Positions 30,187-39,695 of a stretch of DNA of 64,000 nucleotides are shown piece after piece (positions within the stretch are counted from its first letter, which is position 1; each line of letters begins with the position of its first letter). The DNA lies in NCBI RefSeq assembly GCF_041562805.1, contig NZ_JBFFOH010000001.1, forward strand, positions 8,781-72,780, given 5' to 3'. Source of the stretch: Sulfurovum sp. (GTDB lineage: Bacteria > Campylobacterota > Campylobacteria > Campylobacterales > Sulfurovaceae). The notes below the pieces were generated by a model. That model did no database searches. It was given only the letters and a program-made list of their open reading frames with translations, and had not been told where the DNA came from. Position numbers and translations under genes: made by a program.

Positions 30187-30220
30187 AGTATAAAATAGAA
30201 TAATGAAGATTTGATGAAGA
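30187..30220 (-). promoter_or_regulatory. Putative OmpR/PhoB-type direct repeat plus -10 box for the 30157 operon
   Basis: Minus strand reads TCTTCAT-caaa-TCTTCAT (11-bp period), a 10-nt spacer, then TATACT. Confidence 0.55.
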
Positions 30221-30306
30221 AATGTTTATTTTCTCCAATTAACGTTTTGAAAGGTAAAAAAATCTATAATGAATGATAAAAGTGAGACAACACATAAGGA
30301 AATTTC

Positions 30307-30969
30307 GTGAATCTACTTGTAGTTGAAGATGAACGTACTATTGCTAATCAGTTGAAGCAGTTACTAGAGAAGGAACGATATCGTTGTGATGTATCATATA
30401 CCTATCATGATGCAACAAAGTTGATCGATGAGAAGAGGTATGATCTGATTTTATTGGATTGGAATTTACCTGATGGAGATGGTTTGACTCTGCTCTCTTT
30501 GCTGCGCAAGGAAGGGATAGCAACTCCAGTGCTGATGCTTTCTGCCAATACTGAGATTGATGATAGAGTGAAAGTTTTAGATGCAGGTGGAGATGATTAC
30601 CTCTGTAAACCTTATTCAAATATCGAACTGCTTGCACGAATCCGTGCACTACTGCGTCGTGAGACACCACAAAAAAACACTATACTTACTTGTGCGGGCT
30701 TAAAACTTGATACAAGTAGCCGTGAAGTTTCTGTAGATGGTAAACCTATTAAATTAAGTCTATCAGAGTTTGATTTACTTGAAATACTACTCCAAAACAA
30801 AAACATCGTTTTAACACGTTATCAGCTTAATGAACATCTCTCTCAAGATTACAATAGTCTTAAGTTTAGTAACATTGTTGATGTTCATATCAAAAATCTA
30901 AGAAAAAAGATCGGGTTGGATGATTGTATTACGACAGTACGTGGTGTAGGATATAGTATCAAAGATTAA
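30307..30969 (+). CDS. OmpR-family response regulator
   Basis: LLVVEDE, LLDWNLP, GGDDYL.KP, VDVHIKNLRKK, TVRGVGY. GTG start. Confidence 0.95.
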   Translation: MNLLVVEDERTIANQLKQLLEKERYRCDVSYTYHDATKLIDEKRYDLILLDWNLPDGDGLTLLSLLRKEGIATPVLMLSANTEIDDRVKVLDAGGDDYLCKPYSNIELLARIRALLRRETPQKNTILTCAGLKLDTSSREVSVDGKPIKLSLSEFDLLEILLQNKNIVLTRYQLNEHLSQDYNSLKFSNIVDVHIKNLRKKIGLDDCITTVRGVGYSIKD

Positions 30970-30974
30970 CTTTT

Positions 30975-33062
30975 TCAAGATGATACACGTAATTTAACTA
31001 TAGCCCTTGTTCCTTGACCTATACCCTCACTCTCAAGAATGATATCTGCATTAAATAAATGCGCAAGTTTTCGACTGATCGCCAGTCCCAATCCACTTCC
31101 TTTTTGATGATTCTCACTTTTCCGTTTGGCTTGCGTAAAGTCATCAAAGAGTAAAGTAAGATCATCATGATCGATTCCTATACCACTATCTTGAATGACA
31201 ATGCATAAACTCTCATCACACATTTTAAGAATAAAATCTATAGATCCTTCATCAGTAAATTTGACAGCATTTGAAAGAAGATTAATGAGTATCTGTTTGA
31301 GAAATCGATAATCTATGATAACTTCTAACGGTTTGGTCATAGCATTGGTTAGAGTGATCTTTACATCTTTTTGTTCTGCCAGTACATCAAGCATTGTGAT
31401 GACCTCTTGAGTAAGCATTTCAATCTCATCACTTGTTTTTCTGACAGGGGTTATAGTGACTTTACCTGCTTCGATCTGTACAAGATCAAGGATATCATTG
31501 ATCATACCTAGCAGATGATCTGCCGAAGATTCCATGGTTGCAATAATCTCTTGCTGATCTGCTGTAAGATTTTCATAGCTTATGAGGTACTGTGTTGAAC
31601 TAAGTATCGTATGTAGCGGTGTACGTAATTCATGAGACATATGTGAGATAAAAGTTGATTTGGCATGAGAGACTGCTTGTGTTTGTGCAATAAGACGAAT
31701 CTGATCTAACTGAAGCATGATCATTGTTGCAATAGAACGATAAAACTTTTCTTCATGCGGGTCTGTTTTCTGATTTGTTTGCGTAAAAGAAATTACGCCG
31801 TAAAAATCAGAAGTCTGTTTATCAAAATCTTTGACATATAGCATCATATACTGTGTCATTGGAGTCTTTTCTTCAAGGTCAGGATACTCTGATGAAAAAG
31901 AAAAGTACTGATGAGGCATTAACGTCTGTAGTTCATCGATGGCCAGTGCTATACATGACTCTTCAGTTTGGGTTTGTATAAGACGGTTAAAAATATTAAT
32001 AAGCTGCACAAAACGAAGTAAACGAAGTTTATTTTCTTCTTCAAGGATATTAAAAGCATGATTTATTTCACGTATCATAGCATTAAAGTCATTGGCAAGT
32101 TCAGAGATCTCACCTTGCGATGCAATGGATACCTGCGTAGTATAATCCTTAGTCGAAATGATAGATTTAGTGGCGTTGTTAAGTTTGGATATCGGTTCTA
32201 AAATACGCTTGCTGAACCAAAATGAGATAATTGCGATAACTATAAAACCAAATACAAAAAGTCCCCAAACAAAAAGAATAAATTCATCTAAAAAAGCTAA
32301 TGCAACCGACTTTTGAATCATATAGACGATGGTCCATTGTGATAAAACGCCTTCAAACTCTTCGTATAGGATTAAATATTTATCACTAACATAATCACTA
32401 CGATGTACTGAAAGATATAGTAATTCATCCTCATACACATTACCTATCTTTATCGTATCCTCCGGGTTAAAGAGCATAGAACGTATACCTTTGTCATGTA
32501 CGGTAAACATACTAAGATTGGAGAAGGAGTACTCCATAAAAAGATAACCTAATAACTGATCCTTATCAAGCGTTGATCTGATAGGTGTAAACATTACGAT
32601 ATTTTTATCTGTAAAAAAATAGTCTTTTTTCTGCTTTATTGCCTCATGAAATGCATCAATATCAATAAAGTTGTGTTGGAGATTTTCGTCCGAAGATGCG
32701 ATGACCTTATGATCAAGTGTCAGTGTAAATAGATGCATTTTAAGCGCTAGATCTTTTTGTTTTTGAATGAGAAGCTGTGTAATCCGTTTGTCAACATCTC
32801 CTACAATCATATCATTCATCATATCCAAAGAGGCAAGAAAACGCATTTCTTTTTCCAAAGAGAGCAGTTGCTCTTCAATCCTATCTCTAACTTGATTCAT
32901 TTGGCTATGGTAGGTGACTATAGCATCATCTAAAATTTTCTTCTCACCAAGATTGTGACTATATATCAAGATAAAGAGATAAGGGAAAAATCCAATAACA
33001 AAAAGTGCTATACGCAGTTTGCTCTTGAGTGTTTTTGGCATTAATTTTTTCAATAGAGTCAT
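30975..33062 (-). CDS. Sensor histidine kinase with periplasmic sensor and HAMP domains
   Basis: 2 TM helices, HAMP (EI.ELA..FN.M), AKS.F.S.MSHELRTPL, NLLSNAVKFT, GSGLGLAIS. Confidence 0.93.
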   Translation of the reverse strand: MTLLKKLMPKTLKSKLRIALFVIGFFPYLFILIYSHNLGEKKILDDAIVTYHSQMNQVRDRIEEQLLSLEKEMRFLASLDMMNDMIVGDVDKRITQLLIQKQKDLALKMHLFTLTLDHKVIASSDENLQHNFIDIDAFHEAIKQKKDYFFTDKNIVMFTPIRSTLDKDQLLGYLFMEYSFSNLSMFTVHDKGIRSMLFNPEDTIKIGNVYEDELLYLSVHRSDYVSDKYLILYEEFEGVLSQWTIVYMIQKSVALAFLDEFILFVWGLFVFGFIVIAIISFWFSKRILEPISKLNNATKSIISTKDYTTQVSIASQGEISELANDFNAMIREINHAFNILEEENKLRLLRFVQLINIFNRLIQTQTEESCIALAIDELQTLMPHQYFSFSSEYPDLEEKTPMTQYMMLYVKDFDKQTSDFYGVISFTQTNQKTDPHEEKFYRSIATMIMLQLDQIRLIAQTQAVSHAKSTFISHMSHELRTPLHTILSSTQYLISYENLTADQQEIIATMESSADHLLGMINDILDLVQIEAGKVTITPVRKTSDEIEMLTQEVITMLDVLAEQKDVKITLTNAMTKPLEVIIDYRFLKQILINLLSNAVKFTDEGSIDFILKMCDESLCIVIQDSGIGIDHDDLTLLFDDFTQAKRKSENHQKGSGLGLAISRKLAHLFNADIILESEGIGQGTRAIVKLRVSS

Positions 33063-33472
33063 AGTTGATCTTCCTCATAGATAACTTTTACCCCTGTATC
33101 TATTTTACTAACAGGGATGTATCCTATTGCACCTTCTACTTTTTTGACAAAGAGAAGCATACTCTCAACGGATTCTACTCTATAAGGTGGGCGATGTCCC
33201 TTATAGTGCTCTCTTACCCAATAGTTATCAAGCTCATTATAGCTCATCTTCAAAACTTCGTTTTCAAAAGTTAGTCGCAGGTTACTTGTTGGAGGAAGAT
33301 TAAGTGCGACGAGTTTGGTGTCACCCCAAAAGCGGCTCTTTTTGAGATAGATCATACGCAATTGAGATTTGGTAAGTGTATCAATAGGATTATTAGGATG
33401 CGTTATGACTACAAATTTCTCTGCGCTTAGACATATGCTTGCAGCAATAAATATCCAAACTAATCGTAGCAT
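33059..33472 (-). CDS. Small periplasmic PBP-like ('phosphate ABC substrate-binding-like') protein
   Basis: Signal peptide; VVI.HP.N....L...QL..IYL....W; GAIGY. Confidence 0.75.
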   Translation of the reverse strand: MLRLVWIFIAASICLSAEKFVVITHPNNPIDTLTKSQLRMIYLKKSRFWGDTKLVALNLPPTSNLRLTFENEVLKMSYNELDNYWVREHYKGHRPPYRVESVESMLLFVKKVEGAIGYIPVSKIDTGVKVIYEEDQL

Positions 33473-33483
33473 ATTTTACACAC

Positions 33484-34482
33484 CTAGAATAGTACTGAAA
33501 TGGAGATAAGCAGTTTATTCTCTTCGTGAAGAGAATGCCACTGATACTCACCTTTAAGTGCAATAGGATAGAGTGGTCTGTAAGTATATCCCATTACTGC
33601 AAAACTATCTTTAATGTCTATTTCTTGATTATGATAACTCTCTATCCTTAGAATTGCTTCATGATGTTCTTGTATGATACGTGAGTACTGTATATACCCG
33701 ATATAAGGCATAGTGCTTTCTTCGTCATTAAACTGTGCACCTACTTCAGCTTGGAGTTTAAAGTCTGAATGCTCATATTTGAATGCTCCTAGTAGATAGT
33801 AGTAAGGTTCATCTGAGGTCAAACGAAAGTAGCCCGTATTGAATTGATAGCTTAATTCTTCATCTTGAAGTGTAATGCCAATACCATAGTGACGATCAAT
33901 ATCAAAGTTGTTGTAGATATCGTTATTCATTATCTTGTCGAGATCTTCTCCTTCTTGTATCATAGTATCTATAGAGAGAGAATAGTCAATTTGAGATTGG
34001 TAGAGAAGATCTGCTCCACTTGTAAATTTGGGGAATAGAAGTGTTGAAATCATTGGGTTAGAGCTGGTATCTCGTAAAACATTAATAGGGATACGATTCC
34101 AGAATCCAATTGGCGAATTATATTTTCCTAATTTAAGGGCATAGTTCTCATTAAAATCATAGTTTAGGTAGAGCCGTTCGATATGAAAATCTTCATGTAC
34201 TTCTTCACTTTCTTCATCCCCGAATACCTCACTGTAAACATCCTCTGCTTCAAGTTCAACCATATAGGAGAATTGATGATGCTCTCCGTAAGCCATTACT
34301 GCCAGTTCGTCAAGTTTTAGTGAACGGTTTTTCCCATAAGCATGTTTATATTCTAATGAGAAATAGCCTCCTATGTAGAGAGGAAGATCTCCTACCTGAA
34401 CGCCACGACCAAGCTCATATTTTAACGATTCACTATAAAGTGATGTATACAGAAAGAAAAAACTTATAAGGACGCGGATCAT
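33484..34482 (-). CDS. Outer-membrane beta-barrel/porin-like protein
   Basis: Signal peptide, IERLYL.Y, LKLGKYNSPIG.WN, alternating beta pattern, C-terminal Phe. Confidence 0.75.
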   Translation of the reverse strand: MIRVLISFFFLYTSLYSESLKYELGRGVQVGDLPLYIGGYFSLEYKHAYGKNRSLKLDELAVMAYGEHHQFSYMVELEAEDVYSEVFGDEESEEVHEDFHIERLYLNYDFNENYALKLGKYNSPIGFWNRIPINVLRDTSSNPMISTLLFPKFTSGADLLYQSQIDYSLSIDTMIQEGEDLDKIMNNDIYNNFDIDRHYGIGITLQDEELSYQFNTGYFRLTSDEPYYYLLGAFKYEHSDFKLQAEVGAQFNDEESTMPYIGYIQYSRIIQEHHEAILRIESYHNQEIDIKDSFAVMGYTYRPLYPIALKGEYQWHSLHEENKLLISISVLF

Positions 34483-34534
34483 TATGGTTATTAACCTTTC
34501 TTGTATAATATGATTCGATTAGAGTATAGCATCA

Positions 34535-35080
34535 TTATAATGACTTCACTACCCTATGATGTGGCGTTTTACTTTCCAAAATATGTCCAACATCTTTCAT
34601 GAAGTAAGTTGTAACTAATGGTGAGAAAAAAGTAAAAGCTTTTTGAGCATCTATGATTTTATCTTTGTTTCCTAGAAATACTTCTATAGTAGTACCTCTG
34701 GCAAGGACTTCTTGTACCTTCGTACTATCCCACTGGTATGTTAAAAGAGATTCAAGTTCTTCTTTAGTCCCTACTTTAAGATAGTTGGATAAGTCAAGGT
34801 TTGAGGGGTAAGTTACATTAGCTAGGAATTGTTTAACATAAGCTTCCTGCCCTGCCTCAAAGTAACGCAGTTGTGTACGGATAAAGCTTTGCTTTTGTGT
34901 TTGGAAAAATGCAGGAGAGAGAAGGATGAGTCTATCTATACGTTTTTTACTATAATAGACATACTCAAATGCTTGTTGTGCCCCGCATGAAAAACCTGCA
35001 ACGCAATAATCACTGTTCAAAAGATATGGGCTAAACAATTCTTCCTCATTCTGAAGTGAAAAGCCATTAAAGTATTTCAT
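34535..35080 (-). CDS. bioV: Pimeloyl-ACP methyl ester esterase BioV
   Basis: MKYFNGFSL..E, VAGFS.GA, L.LLSPAFFQ, D.II, GH; conserved position after ftsH2. Confidence 0.8.
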   Translation of the reverse strand: MKYFNGFSLQNEEELFSPYLLNSDYCVAGFSCGAQQAFEYVYYSKKRIDRLILLSPAFFQTQKQSFIRTQLRYFEAGQEAYVKQFLANVTYPSNLDLSNYLKVGTKEELESLLTYQWDSTKVQEVLARGTTIEVFLGNKDKIIDAQKAFTFFSPLVTTYFMKDVGHILESKTPHHRVVKSL

Positions 35081-35096
35081 TAGAATGCTCTCATAT

Positions 35097-36773
35097 TTAA
35101 AAGATCTTACGTAAAATGACTCTACATTCTTCAGCTGTAATGTTCTCATGGGCTAAGAGAAAGCTGGAGATCTCAGTCAGTGCTTTATCCAGTGTTTTTA
35201 AGAGTGTTGTGACTTCTGAGACTGATTCTCGTAAAAGTTCTTCTTCCTGTTGTGGCGTTACTATGAAGTTTTCACTCATAACATACTCATAGACCACTTT
35301 TCTCACTATCTCTTTTGCCTGGGCTATATCGGTACTCGCATTGGTGAACTGTTCATTATAATGCATCTTTGTTGCTATGCTACCTGCAAGATAGACTTTA
35401 ATACGTGAGAGCAATTGACTTTTAGAGAGTATCTCATGTTCCTGACTGAGCAATCTGGTATTTACAATACCAATTTTTTCAAATTCAACATCCAGCCATG
35501 TAGCTATAACAGCTTTTGCCGCTTGATAAATGGCTTGAATTTCTCTCTCTTCTTCTGTAAATGTGAGTATCTTACGTTTTCCCAGCAAGACTTTTTCTTT
35601 TACCGCCTCAAAATCAGAAGTTTCAACCACACTACGCCCTTCTCTCATGGCATAAATAGCAGCTTCATTTGTAAGCGTGTCGAGTGCTGCAGAGTTAAAT
35701 CCTACAGTCATTCGTGCTACAAGGGCTGTATCTACATTATTTGGTTTATGTGCAAGATAGAGTTCAAGTGTTTTACTTCTATCTTCTAGATCAGGTAATG
35801 AAATATGTATACGTCTATCGAAACGTCCTGCTCTAAGTAGTGCTTCATCCAGCATCTCTATTTTATTGGTAGCACCAATGACTATAACACCAGAACTGTC
35901 TTCAAAACCATCCATTTCAGTCAGAAGTTGATTCAGTGTAGCTTCTCTTTCATCATTTCTAAATTCACCACGGCTTTTACCTACAGCATCTATCTCATCT
36001 ATAAAAACAATACTTGGTGCCATCTGTTTTGCTTTTTTAAAGAGTTCAGAAACTCTTTTAGCACCCATTCCTACATAAATATGTACAAAAGAAGCACCAC
36101 TTTGGTAAAAGAAAGGTACATTTGCCTCACCTGCAACCGCTTTGGAAATGAGTGTTTTACCTACACCAGGAGGACCTACAAGAAGTACACCTTTAGGTAA
36201 ACGGATATCCAGATCTCGATATTTTTGTGGTTCTTTAAGAAAGTCGATGATCTCTTCAAGCTCTTCTTTAACATCTTTTATTCCAGCTACATCAGAAAAT
36301 GTTACATTAGAAGTAAGTGCTTGTACAGGTTCATTTGCAGGCTCATTATCTGTTTTTGAAGCTGATCTGATGTATTTAAGTTGCTGCAGTCTGTTTTGTT
36401 TCATCAGTCTATATAGAAATCCAAATGCAGCGATGATGATAAGCAATGAAAAAAGATCATAAAGATAGCTGTTGTCTTCACGTACCTCTACCGGATATTT
36501 TGTAAAGAATGCCGTTTTATTGACAGCATCTTTATAGATCTTATAGCTGAGCTCATCAGTTTTTAGGCGTAAGAAATCACCATCTATGATGACTTTTTCT
36601 ATCTTGCCTTCAGTATAAAGTCTATTTGCCTGATCATGTGTAATGAGGCTATCTGTATCTCTAAAGGTTGCAAAAGAAAGCAGTATGAGTAATACTATAA
36701 GCAACCCTGCAATGATCTTGATATTTGAGGGATTAAGGGCTAATGGATTAAATTTTGGCTTTATTGCCTTCAT
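35097..36773 (-). CDS. FtsH-like AAA+ ATPase (FtsH2) lacking HExxH
   Basis: 2 TM helices, GPPGVGKT, FIDEID, LLRAGRFDR; AIYQAAKA replaces AYHEAGH. Confidence 0.88.
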   Translation of the reverse strand: MKAIKPKFNPLALNPSNIKIIAGLLIVLLILLSFATFRDTDSLITHDQANRLYTEGKIEKVIIDGDFLRLKTDELSYKIYKDAVNKTAFFTKYPVEVREDNSYLYDLFSLLIIIAAFGFLYRLMKQNRLQQLKYIRSASKTDNEPANEPVQALTSNVTFSDVAGIKDVKEELEEIIDFLKEPQKYRDLDIRLPKGVLLVGPPGVGKTLISKAVAGEANVPFFYQSGASFVHIYVGMGAKRVSELFKKAKQMAPSIVFIDEIDAVGKSRGEFRNDEREATLNQLLTEMDGFEDSSGVIVIGATNKIEMLDEALLRAGRFDRRIHISLPDLEDRSKTLELYLAHKPNNVDTALVARMTVGFNSAALDTLTNEAAIYAMREGRSVVETSDFEAVKEKVLLGKRKILTFTEEEREIQAIYQAAKAVIATWLDVEFEKIGIVNTRLLSQEHEILSKSQLLSRIKVYLAGSIATKMHYNEQFTNASTDIAQAKEIVRKVVYEYVMSENFIVTPQQEEELLRESVSEVTTLLKTLDKALTEISSFLLAHENITAEECRVILRKIF

Positions 36774-37995
36774 TGGCTACCTCCACGTTATTTAAAAAGA
36801 CCCAGTTTGCACTTAGGTCTTCATCACTTGTAACAGATACTTTATTGAAGTATTGGTCAAATCCATGATAGATACCATCCTTACCACTTTCAAGTAAGAC
36901 TTCAAGATCCTTAGTATGATCACGTCTAAAAGCAAAGTTTTTAGCCTTAATAATATCTGTGAGTTCTCGGTGACGCTCTTTTGCGATGTTACCTCTTATT
37001 TCAGGTTTCATCGTTGCAGAAGGAGTGTTGTCTCTCTTAGAGTATGAGAAAGCGTGAACATGTGTCAGTGGTAACTCTTTGACTCTGGAGATAGCTTCAG
37101 CCCACTCTTTATCATCTTCACCTGGGTGCCCAACAATGTAGTCAGTACCCAAAGCATAACCTTGATCAGCAATTTTTCTAAAAAGTTCAAGATCTGTTTT
37201 ATACTCATTGCGTCTGTTCATCAGTTTTAGCATTTTGTCACTGGTATGCTGTAAGGCAATGTGCATATGTCTGGCCATCCAAGGTTCACTTAGGAGTTCC
37301 ATAAATTCATCATCTATCTGTATGGGTTCTAAACTTCCTATACGTATACGCCTTACACCACGTATCATACTCATTTTCTTAAGTAACTTTGCCATGGAAG
37401 TATTGTGGTCTTGACCGTAGCTTCCTACATTTGTACCGGTGAGGATAAATTCTCCAAATCCATTTGCTGCAAGCTTAGATATTTGCTCAAGAATGGTCTC
37501 TTCTTTATGAGAACGTGCATTACCGCGCACTGCTGGTATGATACAGTAAGAACATCTGAAGTCACACCCTTCCTGTATCTTGATGAATGCCCTGCTTTTC
37601 CCTACGAACTCTTCAACAATAGTTGAATCTATATGTTCAAGATCACCTATTTGATAAAAAGGTGTTTCGTTTTTAAGTACGGCATTGATGTTTTCTTTTT
37701 CAGAATGACCTATCACACCAAATACTTTTTTATCCTCAAATAAAGACTCACCTTTTGAGTGGGATCCACAGCCTGCCAGTACTACTTTGGCATCAGGATT
37801 TTTACGTTTCATGGAAGCAATGTAGTTACGGACAGAAGAGTCAGCACCATTGGTTACGGTACATGAGTTTACTACAATATAATCTGAGTGTAGTTCATTA
37901 TCTGTTAGTTCATAGTCTTTGAGTTTAGACATCATTACTTGTGTATCAAACTGGTTTGTACGACATCCAAAGGTTTTAAAATAGACTTTTTGCAT
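36748..37995 (-). CDS. mtaB: tRNA t6A37 methylthiotransferase
   Basis: TFGC..N, NSCTVT, KIQEGCDFRCSYC, YS.R..T. Confidence 0.92.
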   Translation of the reverse strand: MQKVYFKTFGCRTNQFDTQVMMSKLKDYELTDNELHSDYIVVNSCTVTNGADSSVRNYIASMKRKNPDAKVVLAGCGSHSKGESLFEDKKVFGVIGHSEKENINAVLKNETPFYQIGDLEHIDSTIVEEFVGKSRAFIKIQEGCDFRCSYCIIPAVRGNARSHKEETILEQISKLAANGFGEFILTGTNVGSYGQDHNTSMAKLLKKMSMIRGVRRIRIGSLEPIQIDDEFMELLSEPWMARHMHIALQHTSDKMLKLMNRRNEYKTDLELFRKIADQGYALGTDYIVGHPGEDDKEWAEAISRVKELPLTHVHAFSYSKRDNTPSATMKPEIRGNIAKERHRELTDIIKAKNFAFRRDHTKDLEVLLESGKDGIYHGFDQYFNKVSVTSDEDLSANWVFLNNVEVANEGNKAKI

Positions 37996-37997
37996 TG

Positions 37998-39695
37998 TTA
38001 AAGCCTTATATCTGGATTTGTCTCATCCAATTGAGTTATCGGTTTAGGTACATTTTTATCCATGTATATAGATTGTGTAGGAAATGCAAGTTGTATATTT
38101 TCCTCTGCTTGTAAGCGTGCGATCAACTCAATGGAAATAGTACTTCTAAGCGTCATGGTTGCATAGGAGTTCGTAAGATACCATGCTGATATTTTGAAGC
38201 CATACGGTTCAATATGTGTAAAGATACGAGGCTCAACATTGGTGTTTCTCATACCGTATTTACTTCTTAATTTATTGAGCTGTTTTCTTGTTATCTCTGT
38301 ATACCCTTTTGAGTATTTTTTTGTGATCTCTTTAGCAATTTGTGTGGCCCTGTGTGCATCAGAATCAAAAGTAATGACAAAGTCTATTCCATCCCATACT
38401 GTTTTTAGTCCAGAATGAGAGTAGTTCGCGATCATATCTGTAAATATGTAGTTGTTTGGGATGAATATCATCCGTCCTGCTCTTCTGTTTGTCATGTAGG
38501 ACGTTAGATTGATATCTTCATGCATGGTCATACGAAGCATTGAGATATCTACGATATCCCCTACATACTCTACACCCTCTCGTACAAATCGAACCCTGTC
38601 CCCTACATGGATAGAACCCCCAATTACAATTGTGGCCCATCCCATAAGAGACATGAACCAGTCTTTCATAGCAATAGCAATACCGGCTGAGGCAAAACCA
38701 AGGATCGTAACAAGGTAACTTACATTTTCTATATAGGCAAGGAGTAAGGTTAAAATTAAAATACTTACAAAAGAGATATTGAGCGCTTTGTTAACAGCAT
38801 AAAAATTTTCATTGTCTGACATATATTTTTTAACAAAATATTTAATAAAAAGTAAAAGGAAAATAAAGAATAGAATGACCGCTCCAATAGTAACCGTTCT
38901 TATTATCTCTCTTTGAATATCATTTTTGAGATTGAGTTCAATTTCATCAATTTTTTTACTATATACATTTTTGGTTGTTTTAAATATTTCTATGACAGGT
39001 ATAAATGTCTTGAGCTGGTCTTCTGTATCTTCTAGTTCATTAATTAATTCTACATTGAGAGAATCCAGCTTTAGAAGTTTTTTGAGGATACTTTGTTTCT
39101 CTTTAAACTTTCCTACAATATGTTCTAGAGAGTCATATCTACTGTTATATTCCTCCATGTCAGATTGGAGCTTTTCCCTATATGAAATGGCAGCAATGAC
39201 AGCAAAGGGGTTTTCTACACTAGGTACAGTACCGATAGTAGGAGGTGTTAGAAACTTTTCAAAAGGGTCTTTTTCATACTCCTTTAGCAGTTGAAGCTTT
39301 CCTAGAAGTGTGACTTTATTGTCTTGTGCACTTTCTAACTCTTCATTTTCTGTTCTTGTTCGCTTTATGATGTTTTCTAAACGGTCAATAGTTGCTTCCA
39401 GTGTAATTTGTTGTTTTTTGAGTACTTTGTAGGTATGGAAGTTACTGTAAATTTTTGACCAGATATTATTCTCCATCAGTTCTTGGTCCAAATTCTCCTT
39501 CTTAATAAGAAGTTGATTTATCTTTTGAATGTCAAGAGGGCTTTTTTCTTCAAGTATTTGCTGAGATGCATTTTGTTCTACAATTGACTTGGCAAAGGTT
39601 ACTTCGGAGACAGAAGGATCATCAATTGTTTGCTCCGAAAATGACGAAGTTGCAGATAAAAGAGAAAGGACTACAATTATATGTTTAAAATTCAT
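37998..39695 (-). CDS. MscS-family mechanosensitive channel
   Basis: LGFASAGIAIAMKD, GDRV, GD..DI, IPNN, AFPTQ. Confidence 0.9.
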   Translation of the reverse strand: MNFKHIIVVLSLLSATSSFSEQTIDDPSVSEVTFAKSIVEQNASQQILEEKSPLDIQKINQLLIKKENLDQELMENNIWSKIYSNFHTYKVLKKQQITLEATIDRLENIIKRTRTENEELESAQDNKVTLLGKLQLLKEYEKDPFEKFLTPPTIGTVPSVENPFAVIAAISYREKLQSDMEEYNSRYDSLEHIVGKFKEKQSILKKLLKLDSLNVELINELEDTEDQLKTFIPVIEIFKTTKNVYSKKIDEIELNLKNDIQREIIRTVTIGAVILFFIFLLLFIKYFVKKYMSDNENFYAVNKALNISFVSILILTLLLAYIENVSYLVTILGFASAGIAIAMKDWFMSLMGWATIVIGGSIHVGDRVRFVREGVEYVGDIVDISMLRMTMHEDINLTSYMTNRRAGRMIFIPNNYIFTDMIANYSHSGLKTVWDGIDFVITFDSDAHRATQIAKEITKKYSKGYTEITRKQLNKLRSKYGMRNTNVEPRIFTHIEPYGFKISAWYLTNSYATMTLRSTISIELIARLQAEENIQLAFPTQSIYMDKNVPKPITQLDETNPDIRL

